A stretch of DNA of 64,000 bases from an uncultured Polycyclovorans sp. (GCA_936928855.1 CAKZHZ010000019.1:76310-140309); one strand, 5' to 3'. Shown: positions 48,432 to 59,990, counted from the first letter of the stretch. Program-made: numbers and translations. Notes: generated by a model not told the origin, from the sequence alone.

Positions 48432-49352
48432 TTAGCGGTCGACCAGCGCGTCCGCATAGGCGTCGGCATCGAAGGGGATGAGGTCGTCCACCCCTTCGCC
48501 GATGCCGACAAAGCGGATCGGCAGTGCCAGCCGTTTGGCAATGGCCAACAGCACCCCGCCCTTGGCCGTGCCATCGAGCTTGGTCACCACCAGGCCGGTG
48601 AGGCCAATGGCCTCGTGGAACTGCAGCGCCTGCGTCAGTGCATTGCCGCCGGTAGTGGCGTCGACCACCAGCAGCACCTCGTGCGGGGCATACGGGTCGT
48701 GCTTCTGCACTACCCGTTTGATCTTGCGCAACTCCTCCATGAGATGACTCTGTGTGTGCAGTCGTCCTGCGGTATCGGCGATCACCATGTCCAGATCCCG
48801 TGCCTTGGCTGACTGCACGGCATCAAAGATGACACTGGCGGCATCGGCGCCCTCGCCCTGCGACAGGATCGGTACGCCGGTGCGTTCGGACCAGGTGGTG
48901 AGCTGTTGCACGGCCGCCGCACGGAAGGTGTCCCCTGCAGCCAGCAGCACACGGCGGCCCTCTTCCTGATACCGCTTGGCGAGCTTGCCAATGGTGGTGG
49001 TCTTGCCGACCCCGTTGACGCCAGTGACGAACAGAATGAACGGCTTGATGAACGGGGGTACCTCCAGCGGGATTGCCACCGGTTTGAGGATGGCCAGCAG
49101 GGCGTCGTGGAGCGCCTTGCGCAGCTGGGCCTCGGTCTTGATATGCCCCATTCTCACTTCGTTCCCCAGCCGCTCGATCAGTGCGGTCGTGGCTTCCAGG
49201 CCGGCATCAGCCAGCAGCAGGCGCTCTTCGAGAATCTCCAGGGCATCGTCGTTCAGACGTTCCCCGGAAAACAGGCTGCCGAGGTCGCGGGTGAGAAAGG
49301 AGTCACCCTGATTGATCTTGGCGCGAACCTTGGAAAGCCAGTTATCCGTCAT
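48432..49352 (-). CDS. ftsY: signal recognition particle receptor FtsY (short form, NG domains only)
   Basis: GVNGVGKTTT, DTAGR, TKLDGTAKGG. 306 aa with no acidic A domain. Confidence 0.9.
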   Translation of the reverse strand: MTDNWLSKVRAKINQGDSFLTRDLGSLFSGERLNDDALEILEERLLLADAGLEATTALIERLGNEVRMGHIKTEAQLRKALHDALLAILKPVAIPLEVPPFIKPFILFVTGVNGVGKTTTIGKLAKRYQEEGRRVLLAAGDTFRAAAVQQLTTWSERTGVPILSQGEGADAASVIFDAVQSAKARDLDMVIADTAGRLHTQSHLMEELRKIKRVVQKHDPYAPHEVLLVVDATTGGNALTQALQFHEAIGLTGLVVTKLDGTAKGGVLLAIAKRLALPIRFVGIGEGVDDLIPFDADAYADALVDR

Positions 49353-51332
49353 GCATCGACTCCGACTGCGGGGCAGGGGTGGTGAGAAGGTAGAGGTCGC
49401 CCACCTGGCGCATCAAGGGCGCGGCGGGCCGCAGCAGGGGGTCAGGGGGCACCGAGGCCACCGCGATGGGCAGCCGCAGCAGGCCGAGGTAGGCGCTGCG
49501 CGCATCCTGCAGCGACAGGCTGCCGATCCACAGCGGCGTGCCGTCATCGAAGCGGGCGTCGGCGGGCCACAGCCGCAACAGCCATTGTTGCTGATCGCTT
49601 TGTGCCAGCCGCAGCACCAGCGCCTGACGTTCGCCGTTGTGAATCTGCGGCAACACCGGCAGCGAGGCCAGTGGCGCGGTGTCGCTGAGCCAGCGCAGCA
49701 GTTCAGCGCTGGCCACCGATGGCGGCGGGGTCCAGCCGTCGGCGAGCAGGCTGTGTTCGATGACGTCCAGTGTGCCGGCCCACTGGAGATTCAAGGGCTG
49801 CTTCGGCCGGCCGGCGATGTCGTAGCGCTGGGTGGCGAACTGGTCATGTGCGCCCTGCTGCCACTCGGTCCAGGTGAACCCGCTGCGCACCTCTGCCTGG
49901 CGGCTGGCGGGCAGTAGATTCCGGTCGTCGACCGACCACTGCGCCCCGGCCGCGATCACGAACACCATCAGGACCGGCATCAGCGTGGCGACCAGCCCCA
50001 CCGGCGTGGCCCGGTGTCGTCGGTAGCCGAGTCCGAGCAGCGCGGTCCACAGCAAGCCGATCACCAGAAAGATCGCTGCATGGCTGAACCACTGTGCGCC
50101 CAGGTAGAGCCGGCTGGCCGCCACCAGCGCCACCAACGCGCTCGCCAGGCCATAGAACCAGGTACGCAGTGCGGCCGGCTGACGGGTCGACAGCAGGACC
50201 GGGATCAGGCCGTAGATGACGGTGGTGAGTACCAGGTCGCGGGCGCTGAAGCCCGGCGGCGGTGGCAACCCGAAATAGGCATGAGGCGCTTCCACGGTCG
50301 GTACCCGGGACAACGCCAGGGAGAGCACGCCCCCGAAGGCCAGTGCGGCCAGCCAATGGGCTGCGGCGCGGGGTTTGCGCTGCATCACCAGGCTGATCAG
50401 CATCACCGCGGCTACCGGCAGGTAGACCGGCCACTCGCCCAGGTGAAGGATCGCGCTGGCAATCGCAATGCCGTAGGGCGTGTGCAGATCCCGCAGCGAT
50501 TGAAAGATGGCGGCATCGGACGGCCAGGGGTAGGCGTGCAGCGTGGGCGCCGCCATCAGGTACAGCGCTACCGCGCCCAGCACCCCGAGCAGCAGCGCCA
50601 GCAGCGCCAGCACCGGGGTCTCCGGCTGTGTCGGATCCGCCAGTGCGGCCCCGAAGCTGCCGAGCCGGCGGTGTCGCCGCGACCAGTCCAGCATGCGACC
50701 GATCCAGTCCTCGGCCCGGGTGGACACGGCCTGCAGCACCAAACGGGTCAGGGCGAACGCGCCCCAGATCACGGCGGCCACCAGCACCAGCAGCAGCGCC
50801 AGCCGGCCTGCCACCTGGGCCGCCAGTCCGATGGAGGCACCGAACGCCACGCCTGGGAGGATGTAGGCGCAGGACCAGATCAGCGCGGCCAGGCCGTCGG
50901 CCAGCAGAAACAGCCACAACGGCATGGGCGAGGCGCCGGCCACGGCCGGCAGCACCGCGCGCAGCGGACCGAGAAACCGCGCCACCAGCACGCCTTTGCC
51001 GCCATGCCGCTCGAAGAAGCCCTGCGCCCGCGTGACGATGGCCTGGCGTCGCCGCAGCCAGCCACTGTCGAACAGCCGGTCGCGGTAGCGCCGCCCCAGC
51101 GCAAACGACAGCAGGTCGCCGCTCAAGGCGCCCGCAGCGGCAATCATCACCGCAGGCCAGAACTGCAGGATGTCCAGCGCCACCAGTGCGCCGATGGCGA
51201 ACAGCACCAGTCCGGCCGGCACGAACACGCCGATCAGGAACACCGCATCGAGCGCGGCGGCGAGAAACAGGATCAACAGCGCGAGGCCCGGATGGGCCTC
51301 GGTCCACAGCAGGAAGGCCTGCCCCAGCGACG

Positions 51333-51336
<4 letters not shown>
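49342..51336 (-). CDS. bifunctional DedA-family / PAP2 phosphatase-family membrane protein
   Basis: N-terminal DedA/VTT region ([19 protein letters not shown]...[16 protein letters not shown]), a central PAP2-like polytopic segment, and an unassigned ~200-aa C-terminal soluble domain. Confidence 0.75.
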
Positions 51337-52625
<1,289 letters not shown>

Positions 52626-52679
52626 AATCAGCTCCGGGATCGGTGCGTCCAGCGACGACCCGGTGCACGGGGCGCGCCT

Positions 52680-53339
52680 TCAGACGCGAGGCGAACCGTG
52701 ATTGTACGTTGCCAGCTCGATGCAGTAGGCGCGTGCAGCCGCTTCGATGTCGGGTGCACCGAACACGCCGTCCACCACGGCGAACAGGTGGGCACCGGCG
52801 GCCGCCACTTCGGCGACGTGGGGCGGGCGCAGCCCGCCGATGGCGCACACCGGGCAACCCAGCGCGCCTGCCGCCGTGAGAGTGGACAGGCGCGCAGGCG
52901 GTGCATCGGGTTTGGTCCGCGACGGGTACAGGCGGCCAAAGGCGACATAATCCGCGCCCGCCCTCCGAGCGGCGGCGGCGCGGGCCAGATCGTCGCCGCA
53001 GGTGACGCCCAGCCAGGCCGGGTCACCCAGTCGCGCACGGACGTCGGCGACCTCACCGTCGCTGCGGCCGATGTGGACGCCGGCGGCGCCCACGGTCAGG
53101 GCCAGCGCGACATCGTCGTTGATGATCAGCGGTACGCCGGCCGCCGCACAGTCCGCCTGCAGTTGCTGCGCGCGCCGCAGGCGCTCGGTCGGAGTGGCGG
53201 TCTTGTCGCGGTACTGCACCAGTGCGGCACCTCCGCGTATCGCAGCCCGCACGCCGTCGCGGAGCCGCTGCGGGGTTTCGCACAGTGCGGTGGAGGTGAT
53301 CACGTACAGCCCGGTCGGCAAGGCAGGGCGGATCGTCAC
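52680..53339 (-). CDS. thiE: thiamine-phosphate synthase
   Basis: GLYVITS...LVQYRDK...GADYVAFG, a ThiE sequence. Confidence 0.9.
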   Translation of the reverse strand: MTIRPALPTGLYVITSTALCETPQRLRDGVRAAIRGGAALVQYRDKTATPTERLRRAQQLQADCAAAGVPLIINDDVALALTVGAAGVHIGRSDGEVADVRARLGDPAWLGVTCGDDLARAAAARRAGADYVAFGRLYPSRTKPDAPPARLSTLTAAGALGCPVCAIGGLRPPHVAEVAAAGAHLFAVVDGVFGAPDIEAAARAYCIELATYNHGSPRV

Positions 53340-54097
53340 GGTCCCCGTCCCGGGATCAAGCGACCCTGGCCGATGCGGCTGCCGCGCGTGAGCATGCCGT
53401 GCACCTCACGCTGGGCGGTTTCGATCGCTTCCGCGACGGGCTGCCCCAGCGCCAGTCGCGCCGCCAGGGTCGATGCCAGCGTGCAGCCCGCGCCATGAAA
53501 CGCGGCCGCCACGCGCGGCCATTCGAACACCGCGACGCCACCGGCGTGCACCCACCAGTTGCGCACCCGGTCGCCGGGCAGATCACCGCCGGTCACCAGC
53601 ACATGGGCGCAGCCGCGGCGGCGCAGGGCCTCGCCCTGCGCGGCGGGATCTGCTGCGTCCGGTGCCAGTTGCGCCGCCTCGGCGGCGTTCGGTGTCAGCA
53701 CCGTCACCGTTGGCAACAGCCTGTCCAGGAACGCTGGCTCGGCCAGTCGGGCCCCGCCGCCGGCCTTGAGCACGGGGTCGACCACCACCGGCACCTTCAT
53801 CGTGCGCACGATGCCGGCAAGCCAGTCCGCCTGGGCGGCATTGCCGAGCAGGCCGACCTTCACCGCCGAGACCTGACTGTCCGCGCGCAGCAAGGCCCAT
53901 TGACGCTGCAGCCAGGGCAGGGGCACAGGCTCCACCGCTTCCACGTTGCGGGTGTCCTGCAGCGTCAGCGAGGTGATCAGGCTGAGGGCGTGGGCACCTT
54001 GTGCGCGGATGGCTTCGATGTCGGCCTGTATGCCGGCGCCCCCCGAAGGGTCATGCCCCGACAGGCACAGCACGAGCGGGGGTGTTTGCGGTGTCAT
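53336..54097 (-). CDS. thiD: hydroxymethylpyrimidine/phosphomethylpyrimidine kinase
   Basis: LCLSGHDPSGGAGIQAD...VKVGLLGN...GAGCTLAS. 4-nt overlap with thiE. Confidence 0.9.
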   Translation of the reverse strand: MTPQTPPLVLCLSGHDPSGGAGIQADIEAIRAQGAHALSLITSLTLQDTRNVEAVEPVPLPWLQRQWALLRADSQVSAVKVGLLGNAAQADWLAGIVRTMKVPVVVDPVLKAGGGARLAEPAFLDRLLPTVTVLTPNAAEAAQLAPDAADPAAQGEALRRRGCAHVLVTGGDLPGDRVRNWWVHAGGVAVFEWPRVAAAFHGAGCTLASTLAARLALGQPVAEAIETAQREVHGMLTRGSRIGQGRLIPGRGP

Positions 54098-54130
54098 CGT
54101 GGCGGTTCCGACAGGGGCCGGTGCCCGTGC

Positions 54131-54329
54131 TTATGCACAAGTGCGGTGCAACGCAGGCTGCGCTCCGGCGCGGGGGACGCCGACGGCGTCCGAAAAATGT
54201 AAAGAAAGTTCAAGATGTTGAATTCAATGGAAAATTTTAGATGAACAGAAAGTTTCCATCGGGCAGAAACTCAAGCCGGCACGGTCACTTAGCGGGCTGT
54301 TCCGGTGGCTATGCACAAGTTTATCCACA
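54131..54329. promoter_or_regulatory. AT-rich intergenic island with DnaA-box-like sites and palindromes (upstream of thiD-thiE, downstream of mtgA)
   Basis: TTATGCACA (54131-39), CTATGCACA (54309-17), and a perfect TTATCCACA (54321-29). Palindromes TGCACaagtgcgGTGCA, TTGAATTCAA, and ATGGAAA-N20-TTTCCAT. About 40% GC, against roughly two-thirds G+C in the flanks. Confidence 0.3.
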
Positions 54330-54422
54330 GATGATGTGAGTAAATCCGATAAAACGATTGTTGATAGAAGCTTGCAGAGTAAACTTAAAGTGAAACATGA
54401 GTTCATGCACTCCGAGGGACCT

Positions 54423-55095
54423 TCACCGCAGAATCTCTGCCAGCCACCCGGGCCCCAACTGGGTCATCTGGTCCTGGATCCAATCCGCCCGGGTCTGCAC
54501 ATAGTCGCCCGGGGCGTCTGCACGGTAACGCGAGGGCGCGGGCAGCGAGGCCGCCAGCAGCGCGGCCTGGCGAGGGCTCAGCGCCGTCGCCGGCAATAAC
54601 CAGTAGTGCTGCGCAGCTGCCCCCACCCCGTAGAGGCCAGGCCCGAGTTCCGCGATGTTGAGATACACCTCCAGGATGCGACGCTTGCTCCACAGCAGCT
54701 CGATCAACACGGTGTAGCCGGCTTCCAATCCCTTGCGCGCCCAACTGCGGCCGCGCCAGAGGAACAGGTTCTTGGCCACCTGCTGGCTGATGGTGGAGGC
54801 GCCCCGTACCCGCCCCCCATCCGCGTTGTGCGCGAGCGCGTCGCGAATCGCCCCCAGGTCGAAGCCGTGATGGTCGGGAAAATCCTGGTCTTCAGCGGCC
54901 ACGAAGGCCAGCGGCACGTGGGCGGGGAGCGTGTCGAGAGGGACCCATTGCTGGCGGATCGGCGGCCCCTCGCCATCCAGGGCGTCGGCCAGCATGAACG
55001 CGGTGGTCGGCGGCGGCAGCAGGGCGAGCACCAGTACGGGCACCACTGTCAACAGCAGGCCGACCGCCAGCGCAGTCCACAGCAGGCGCCTCACA
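54423..55095 (-). CDS. mtgA: monofunctional biosynthetic peptidoglycan transglycosylase
   Basis: N-terminal TM helix, then AAEDQDFPDHHGFD...RGASTISQQVAKNLFLW...VYLNIAE. A GTG start at 55095 aligns with E. coli MtgA. Confidence 0.85.
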
Positions 55096-55349
55096 GCAGC
55101 GCACCCCGTTGACAGGGACGACGTTCTGCACCGACACTTCTGACCGAACCTTTCATTTCTGCATTGTCGCGCACCTTTCCCTGCCATGACGCACATGTTT
55201 GCCAAAGCCGTCATTGCCGCGCTCGTCGTTACCAACGACGCGCCGTAGGGGACGTTGCAGCCAAATCAACCCCCCGCCGGCGCCCGTCCGGTGGGGGGTT
55301 TCTCGTTGAGGGGCCCGCGCCGGATCCACCGGCCCAGTCGAGCCCTGTC

Positions 55350-55682
55350 ATGAATCCCAACCCGACCGATTGCGAATCCTCACCGCCGCCGTGGCGGCGG
55401 ACCACCACCTCCGCCCTGCCTGCGCTGGCGGTCGAGGTGGCGGCCGCCGACAACAGCTGCACCGCCCTGCTGGTGCTGGCGGTGCGCGACGCCCCTGCCC
55501 GGCTGCCTGGCCTTGCCGGCCTGTGCGTGGCCCCCTTCACCCGTGCCCAGTACCGCGTCGAGTCCGCCGAGGAGTGGTCCGCAGTGCTGGACGACGCCGG
55601 ACGCGTGGCACGGATGGCTCCTGCCGGGCCGGTGCTGATCGAGGTGGCGCCGGAACTGGCGCTGCCGCCGGCATTTGCCTGA
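55350..55682 (+). CDS. hypothetical protein
   Basis: An ~110-aa ORF starting at MNPNPTD, with no recognisable motifs. The upstream in-frame extension is Arg/Cys-rich and probably not coding. Confidence 0.3.
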   Translation: MNPNPTDCESSPPPWRRTTTSALPALAVEVAAADNSCTALLVLAVRDAPARLPGLAGLCVAPFTRAQYRVESAEEWSAVLDDAGRVARMAPAGPVLIEVAPELALPPAFA

Positions 55683-55714
55683 TGGCGGCCAGCCCCGTGC
55701 AGCCCGTCGGGGTC

Positions 55715-56431
55715 TCAGGCCAGCACTTCGGCCAGGAAGGCGTCGGCGCTTGCCAGGCTGCGGCGTTCGGCGTCGGGCTGGTGGCGGGCGCCGATGTCCG
55801 GGACATCCGTGCCCGGCACCGCGAAGGCATGCTTGGCGCCGCCGTAGAGATGCACCTGCCAATCACAGCCGGCAGCGTTGAGCTCTTCCCGCAGGGCGAC
55901 CACGTCCTCGATCGGGGCAAGCGGATCGTCGGCGCCATGCAGCACCAGCACCTTGGCGGCAATGGCCTGTGCCGTCAGTCCGGTGGGCTTGAGCAGGCCA
56001 TGAAAGCTGATGGCGCCGCGGATGTCCGCGCCGCTGCGGGCCAGATCGAGCGCGCACAGGCCACCAAAGCAGAAACCCATGATCGCCACCCGCGTGGCGT
56101 CCGCCTGGGGCAGGCCGCGTGCGGTGTTGAGGGCTGCCTGCACGCGGCTGCGGACGCGCATGCGATCCTCCATGAAGGGGCCCATCAAGGCGCTGTTTTC
56201 CTCGATGCTGTTGCCACGCACGCCGGTGCCATACATATCGAGCGCAAACCCCAGGTAGCCGGCCTCCGCCAGCCGCCGGGCGTGGCCGGCGACGAAATCG
56301 TCGCGCCCGCCCCACTGGTGGCCGATCAGCACCACCGGGCGGGGGCCGCTGCGCTGATCGTCGAAGGCGACGAAAGCCTCGAGGGCGGTGGTGCCGTCGC
56401 GGTATTCGAGAGTCTGGGTCTGGATACTCAT
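55715..56431 (-). CDS. dienelactone hydrolase family protein
   Basis: MGFCFGG nucleophile motif, and a C-terminal H in a DLH-like alpha/beta fold. Confidence 0.8.
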   Translation of the reverse strand: MSIQTQTLEYRDGTTALEAFVAFDDQRSGPRPVVLIGHQWGGRDDFVAGHARRLAEAGYLGFALDMYGTGVRGNSIEENSALMGPFMEDRMRVRSRVQAALNTARGLPQADATRVAIMGFCFGGLCALDLARSGADIRGAISFHGLLKPTGLTAQAIAAKVLVLHGADDPLAPIEDVVALREELNAAGCDWQVHLYGGAKHAFAVPGTDVPDIGARHQPDAERRSLASADAFLAEVLA

Positions 56432-56547
56432 CCAATGCTCCTGTTGCAATCCCGTGGGGGGTCGAGGATAGGCGCTCTGCTGTGCACTGTGCAGCCCACA
56501 GTGCCGTCATTGAAGCGCCACGTGGCCTACCGTACAGTGACCGCCCC

Positions 56548-57171
56548 ATGACGCCCGACCTACACACGCCCGCCGCAGCCAACGGCCTGCAGGCCCTCAT
56601 CGACGCTGGCCGCCTGTTTCATCAGCGGGGCTGGGTGCCGGCCACCGGGGGCAATTTCTCGCTTCGACTGGATCCGGCGCACCTGCTGATCACAGCCTCC
56701 GGCGGGCACAAGGGCGAACTCACGCCCGACCATTTTCTGGTGGCCGATCTCGAGGGTCGACCGTTGGACGCCGGCCGCAAGGCCTCCTATGAAACCGGGC
56801 TCCATGTGCAGCGCTACCGCAGCGCCACGACCGATATCGGCGCGGTCCTGCACACCCACTCGATTGCCAACACCGTGCTGTCGCGACGTTTCGAGCGCAT
56901 CGTGCTGCAGGGTTACGAACTGCAGAAGGTGCTGCCCGGACATCCCGACCCCGCAGAAGCGGTCACGTTGCCGGTGTTCGAGAACGATCAGGACATCGCC
57001 CGGCTGGCTGCGCAGGTCGATGCCTATCTCGATGCGGCGCCGGGCACGCCCGCCTATCTCATTGCCGGCCACGGCCTCTATGCCTGGGGCGCCAGCGTCG
57101 CAGCGGCGCGCCACGCGGTTGAAGCGCTGGAGTTCATGCTGGCCTGTCATCTGGAGGAACTGAAACGATGA
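56548..57171 (+). CDS. mtnB: methylthioribulose-1-phosphate dehydratase
   Basis: Class II aldolase/adducin fold (GGNFS, HTHS), immediately followed by mtnD and mtnC. Confidence 0.85.
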   Translation: MTPDLHTPAAANGLQALIDAGRLFHQRGWVPATGGNFSLRLDPAHLLITASGGHKGELTPDHFLVADLEGRPLDAGRKASYETGLHVQRYRSATTDIGAVLHTHSIANTVLSRRFERIVLQGYELQKVLPGHPDPAEAVTLPVFENDQDIARLAAQVDAYLDAAPGTPAYLIAGHGLYAWGASVAAARHAVEALEFMLACHLEELKR

Positions 57172-57722
57172 CCACGCTGACCATTACCCCCGACCACGCG
57201 CCGGACCAGGTGCAGTTGCACACCGACGACTTCGACATCATCCAGCGCGAACTGGCCGCCATCGGTGTGCCGATGACGCGCTGGCGCGCCGATGTGCCGC
57301 TGGCACCGGACGCAACGCCGGAGACCGTGCTCGAGGCCTACGCGCCTGCGGTCGCGGCGCTCAATGCCAAGTACGGCTTTCAGTCCGTTGACGTGGTGGC
57401 GATGCACCCTGCGCATCCGGATGTGGAAACCGCCCGCGGCAAGTTTCTGGCCGAGCACACCCACGATGATTTCGAGATCCGGTTTTTCGTGGATGGTGCC
57501 GGTGTGTTCTACATCCGCCAGGGTGGCAAGGTTTACACCACGCTGTGCACCGCAGGTGACCTGATCGAACTGCCCGCCGATACCACGCACTGGTTCGACA
57601 TGGGCCCCAAGCCGATGTTCAAGGCCATCCGGTTCTTCACCAAGCCGGATGGCTGGGTGGGCCACTTCACCGGCGACCCCATTGCCCGCAATTTCCCGCC
57701 CTATGCAGGTGCGGCGGCGTGA
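57168..57722 (+). CDS. mtnD: acireductone dioxygenase
   Basis: ARD cupin sequence (EHTHDDFEIRFFVDG). ATGA overlap with mtnB. Confidence 0.9.
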   Translation: MTTLTITPDHAPDQVQLHTDDFDIIQRELAAIGVPMTRWRADVPLAPDATPETVLEAYAPAVAALNAKYGFQSVDVVAMHPAHPDVETARGKFLAEHTHDDFEIRFFVDGAGVFYIRQGGKVYTTLCTAGDLIELPADTTHWFDMGPKPMFKAIRFFTKPDGWVGHFTGDPIARNFPPYAGAAA

Positions 57723-57759
57723 CGGCGAACATGATGTGGAGCGGTGCGGAGGCAGTACG

Positions 57760-58455
57760 ATGATCCAGGTCATATTGACGGATATCGAGGGCACAACCTC
57801 GTCCATCGACTTCGTCCACCAGACGCTCTTCCCCTATGCCCGCAGCCGCATCCGGGCGTTCCTGCGCGATCATGCCGGCGATGCCGAAGTGCACCGCCAG
57901 CTCGACGAGGTCGAGCAGATCGAAAACCGCGACCTGTCACTGCAGGACGCAGCCGATGTGCTCGAACGCTGGATCGACGAGGACCGGAAGGTCACGCCGC
58001 TCAAGGCCTTGCAGGGCATGATCTGGGCCGAGGGCTATCGCGCCGGCGAACTGCGAGGGCATGTCTACCCGGATACGCCGGCGGCACTGCGTGCCTGGCA
58101 GGCGCAGGGCCTGCGGCTTGCGGTGTACTCCTCGGGTTCCGTGGATGCGCAGAAGCTCATTTTCGGACACACCGATCACGGCGATCTCACGCCGCTGTTC
58201 TCCGCGTTCTTCGACACGCGTGTGGGCGGCAAGCGCGACGTTGCCAGCTACCGCGAAATCCTACGGGCGTTGCAGTGTCCCGCCGAAGCGGTGCTGTTCC
58301 TCTCCGATGTGGGGGAGGAACTGGATGCTGCGCGGGCCGCAGGGCTGCGTACCTGTCAGGTGGTTCGTGATGCCAAGACGGTTGTGGCACCCGCACATCC
58401 GCAGGTGCCGGACCTTGCCGCGGTCGATGCCACGCTGGCGCTGCAGGACCTGTAG
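57760..58455 (+). CDS. mtnC: enolase-phosphatase E1
   Basis: HAD motifs (LTDIEGTTS, SSGS, D-rich C-terminus). Start at MIQVILTD. Confidence 0.85.
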   Translation: MIQVILTDIEGTTSSIDFVHQTLFPYARSRIRAFLRDHAGDAEVHRQLDEVEQIENRDLSLQDAADVLERWIDEDRKVTPLKALQGMIWAEGYRAGELRGHVYPDTPAALRAWQAQGLRLAVYSSGSVDAQKLIFGHTDHGDLTPLFSAFFDTRVGGKRDVASYREILRALQCPAEAVLFLSDVGEELDAARAAGLRTCQVVRDAKTVVAPAHPQVPDLAAVDATLALQDL

Positions 58456-58458
58456 GCC

Positions 58459-59295
58459 CTACGCGCGACGTTCGGCGGCGCCGGCCTGTTGCAGCCACTG
58501 CCGCCAGGGGGCCTGGCGATCGCCGACGACCACGAAATCCGGGTTGATCAGACCGTCGCCCTGGTTGTATTGCAAGGGCGTCAGCGTGGGCAGCGCCAGC
58601 ACCGCACCGCCCGCCTGCTCCACCACGCACTGGGCCGCCGCAGTATCCCATTCCGATGTGGGCCCCAGACGGGGGTAGCCATCGGCCGAGCCCTCGGCAA
58701 TCAGACAGAATTTCAGCGAGCTGCCCTTGGACACCTGTTCGTGGGGCGGGAAGCGCGACAGCGCCGCGTCCGCGCGGCGGCCGTGGTGGGAGCGGCTGAC
58801 AAACAGGACGGGTCGGGATGGCCAGCGCCGCGTGTGCAGCGGCTGCCGGTCCTCGCCCTGTTGACGCCAGGCCCCCAGTCCCTGGGCCGCGGCATAGGTC
58901 TGCGCCAGCGCGGGCACATGCACCACGCCCAGTACCGGTCGCCCGTGGGCGATGAGCGCGATATTGACGGTGAACTCGCCATTGCGCTTGATGAACTCGC
59001 GGGTGCCGTCGAGGGGGTCCACCAGCCAGTAGTGCGTCCACTGCCGCCGCACTGCAGCGGGGATGTCGGCATCCTCCTCGGAGAGCAGCGGCAGTCGCGG
59101 CTGCAGCGCCTGCAGGCCCTCGGCGATGCAGTGGTGCGCAGCCAGATCGGCTTCGGTCAAAGGCGAGTCATCGGCTTTGTGAGACACTTCGAACGCGCGG
59201 CGGTACACCGCCATGATGCGGTCGCCGGCGGTGACCGCCAGGCGTTCGATCTCGGGTAACCATTGAGCGAGTTGTGATGTCACGGGATGTTTCAC
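58459..59295 (-). CDS. cysQ: 3'(2'),5'-bisphosphate nucleotidase
   Basis: Inositol-monophosphatase family motifs (LSEEDAD, WLVDPLDGTREF). Confidence 0.75.
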   Translation of the reverse strand: MKHPVTSQLAQWLPEIERLAVTAGDRIMAVYRRAFEVSHKADDSPLTEADLAAHHCIAEGLQALQPRLPLLSEEDADIPAAVRRQWTHYWLVDPLDGTREFIKRNGEFTVNIALIAHGRPVLGVVHVPALAQTYAAAQGLGAWRQQGEDRQPLHTRRWPSRPVLFVSRSHHGRRADAALSRFPPHEQVSKGSSLKFCLIAEGSADGYPRLGPTSEWDTAAAQCVVEQAGGAVLALPTLTPLQYNQGDGLINPDFVVVGDRQAPWRQWLQQAGAAERRA

Positions 59296-59990
59296 CAGAG
59301 CAGGCGGCAGGCGGCAGCAGTGTAGGGGATGCCCAGGTCGACTGGTCTCAGGTCGATGTGGTCATCCTCGACATGGACGGCACCGTACTCGACCTTGCCT
59401 ACGACAATTATTTCTGGCGGCGGCTGGTGCCGCAGCGCTATGGCGCGCTGCACGGCATCAGCGAACAGGAGGCGGCCGCGCGGTTGCAGCCGTTGTTCGA
59501 ATCGACGGCCCACACCCTGCCCTGGTACTGCACCGATTTCTGGAGTGAGCAGACCGGGCTCAACATGGCCGCGCTCAAGCATGAGATCCGCGATCGCATC
59601 GCGCCGCTGCCGGGTGCCGAAGTCTTTCTGCAGGGTGTTCGGGACAGTGGCCGGGGGCTGTGGCTGGCCACCAACGCCCACCGTGACTCCTGGCAGCTGA
59701 AGCTGCGGCATACCGGCTTGCAGCCCTATTTCCACACTGTCGTGTGCTCGCACGACTTCGGCGCGCCCAAGGAGCACCCGTCGTTCTGGCAGCGTTTCGT
59801 CGATGCCCACCCCTTTGATGCCCGGCGTGCACTGTTTGTCGACGACTCGCAGCCGGTTCTCGATGCCGCGCGTGCCTTCGGCATCGGGCAGGTGGTGGCG
59901 ATCCGTCATCCGGACCGCAGCGCACCGCCGCGTCCGGTGCCCGGGCATGCCAGTGTGGACGCGCTGGCGACGCTCAATCCGCCGCAGTAG
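59274..59990 (+). CDS. HAD-family hydrolase (YrfG-like nucleotidase)
   Basis: DVVILDMDGTVLD motif I. A downstream FVDDS-type motif (FVDDSQP). The start is uncertain; the annotated ATG overlaps cysQ by 22 nt. Confidence 0.7.
   Translation: MMSRDVSPEQAAGGSSVGDAQVDWSQVDVVILDMDGTVLDLAYDNYFWRRLVPQRYGALHGISEQEAAARLQPLFESTAHTLPWYCTDFWSEQTGLNMAALKHEIRDRIAPLPGAEVFLQGVRDSGRGLWLATNAHRDSWQLKLRHTGLQPYFHTVVCSHDFGAPKEHPSFWQRFVDAHPFDARRALFVDDSQPVLDAARAFGIGQVVAIRHPDRSAPPRPVPGHASVDALATLNPPQ

Noticed and set aside
54224-54406. 60-aa minus-strand ORF inside the AT-rich island, possibly a leader peptide
   Set aside because: Low-complexity Leu/Ser-rich translation, no RBS, and no relation to thiamine leader peptides. 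It is most likely non-coding.
54098-54420. TPP (THI-box) riboswitch in the long AT-rich leader upstream of thiD-thiE
   Set aside because: I reverse-complemented the leader and found no CUGAGA core or ACCUGAUCUGGAUAAUGCCAGCG-like P4/P5 segment. Only weak resemblances, such as GGCTTGAGT and GGATAA, are present.
54100-54422. Chromosomal origin of replication (oriC), suggested by the DnaA boxes and AT-rich content
   Set aside because: There are only two or three boxes. There are no clustered GATC sites or 13-mer DUE repeats. The flanking genes (mtgA, thiD) are not the usual oriC context (dnaA, gidA, mioC). I kept it as a regulatory-island finding and not an origin call.
55164-55349. Upstream 62-codon extension of the hypothetical ORF (start at 55164)
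   Set aside because: The extension is Arg/Cys-rich with no RBS and overlaps the mtgA promoter region. The ATG at 55350 is the more plausible start, and even that gene is low-confidence.
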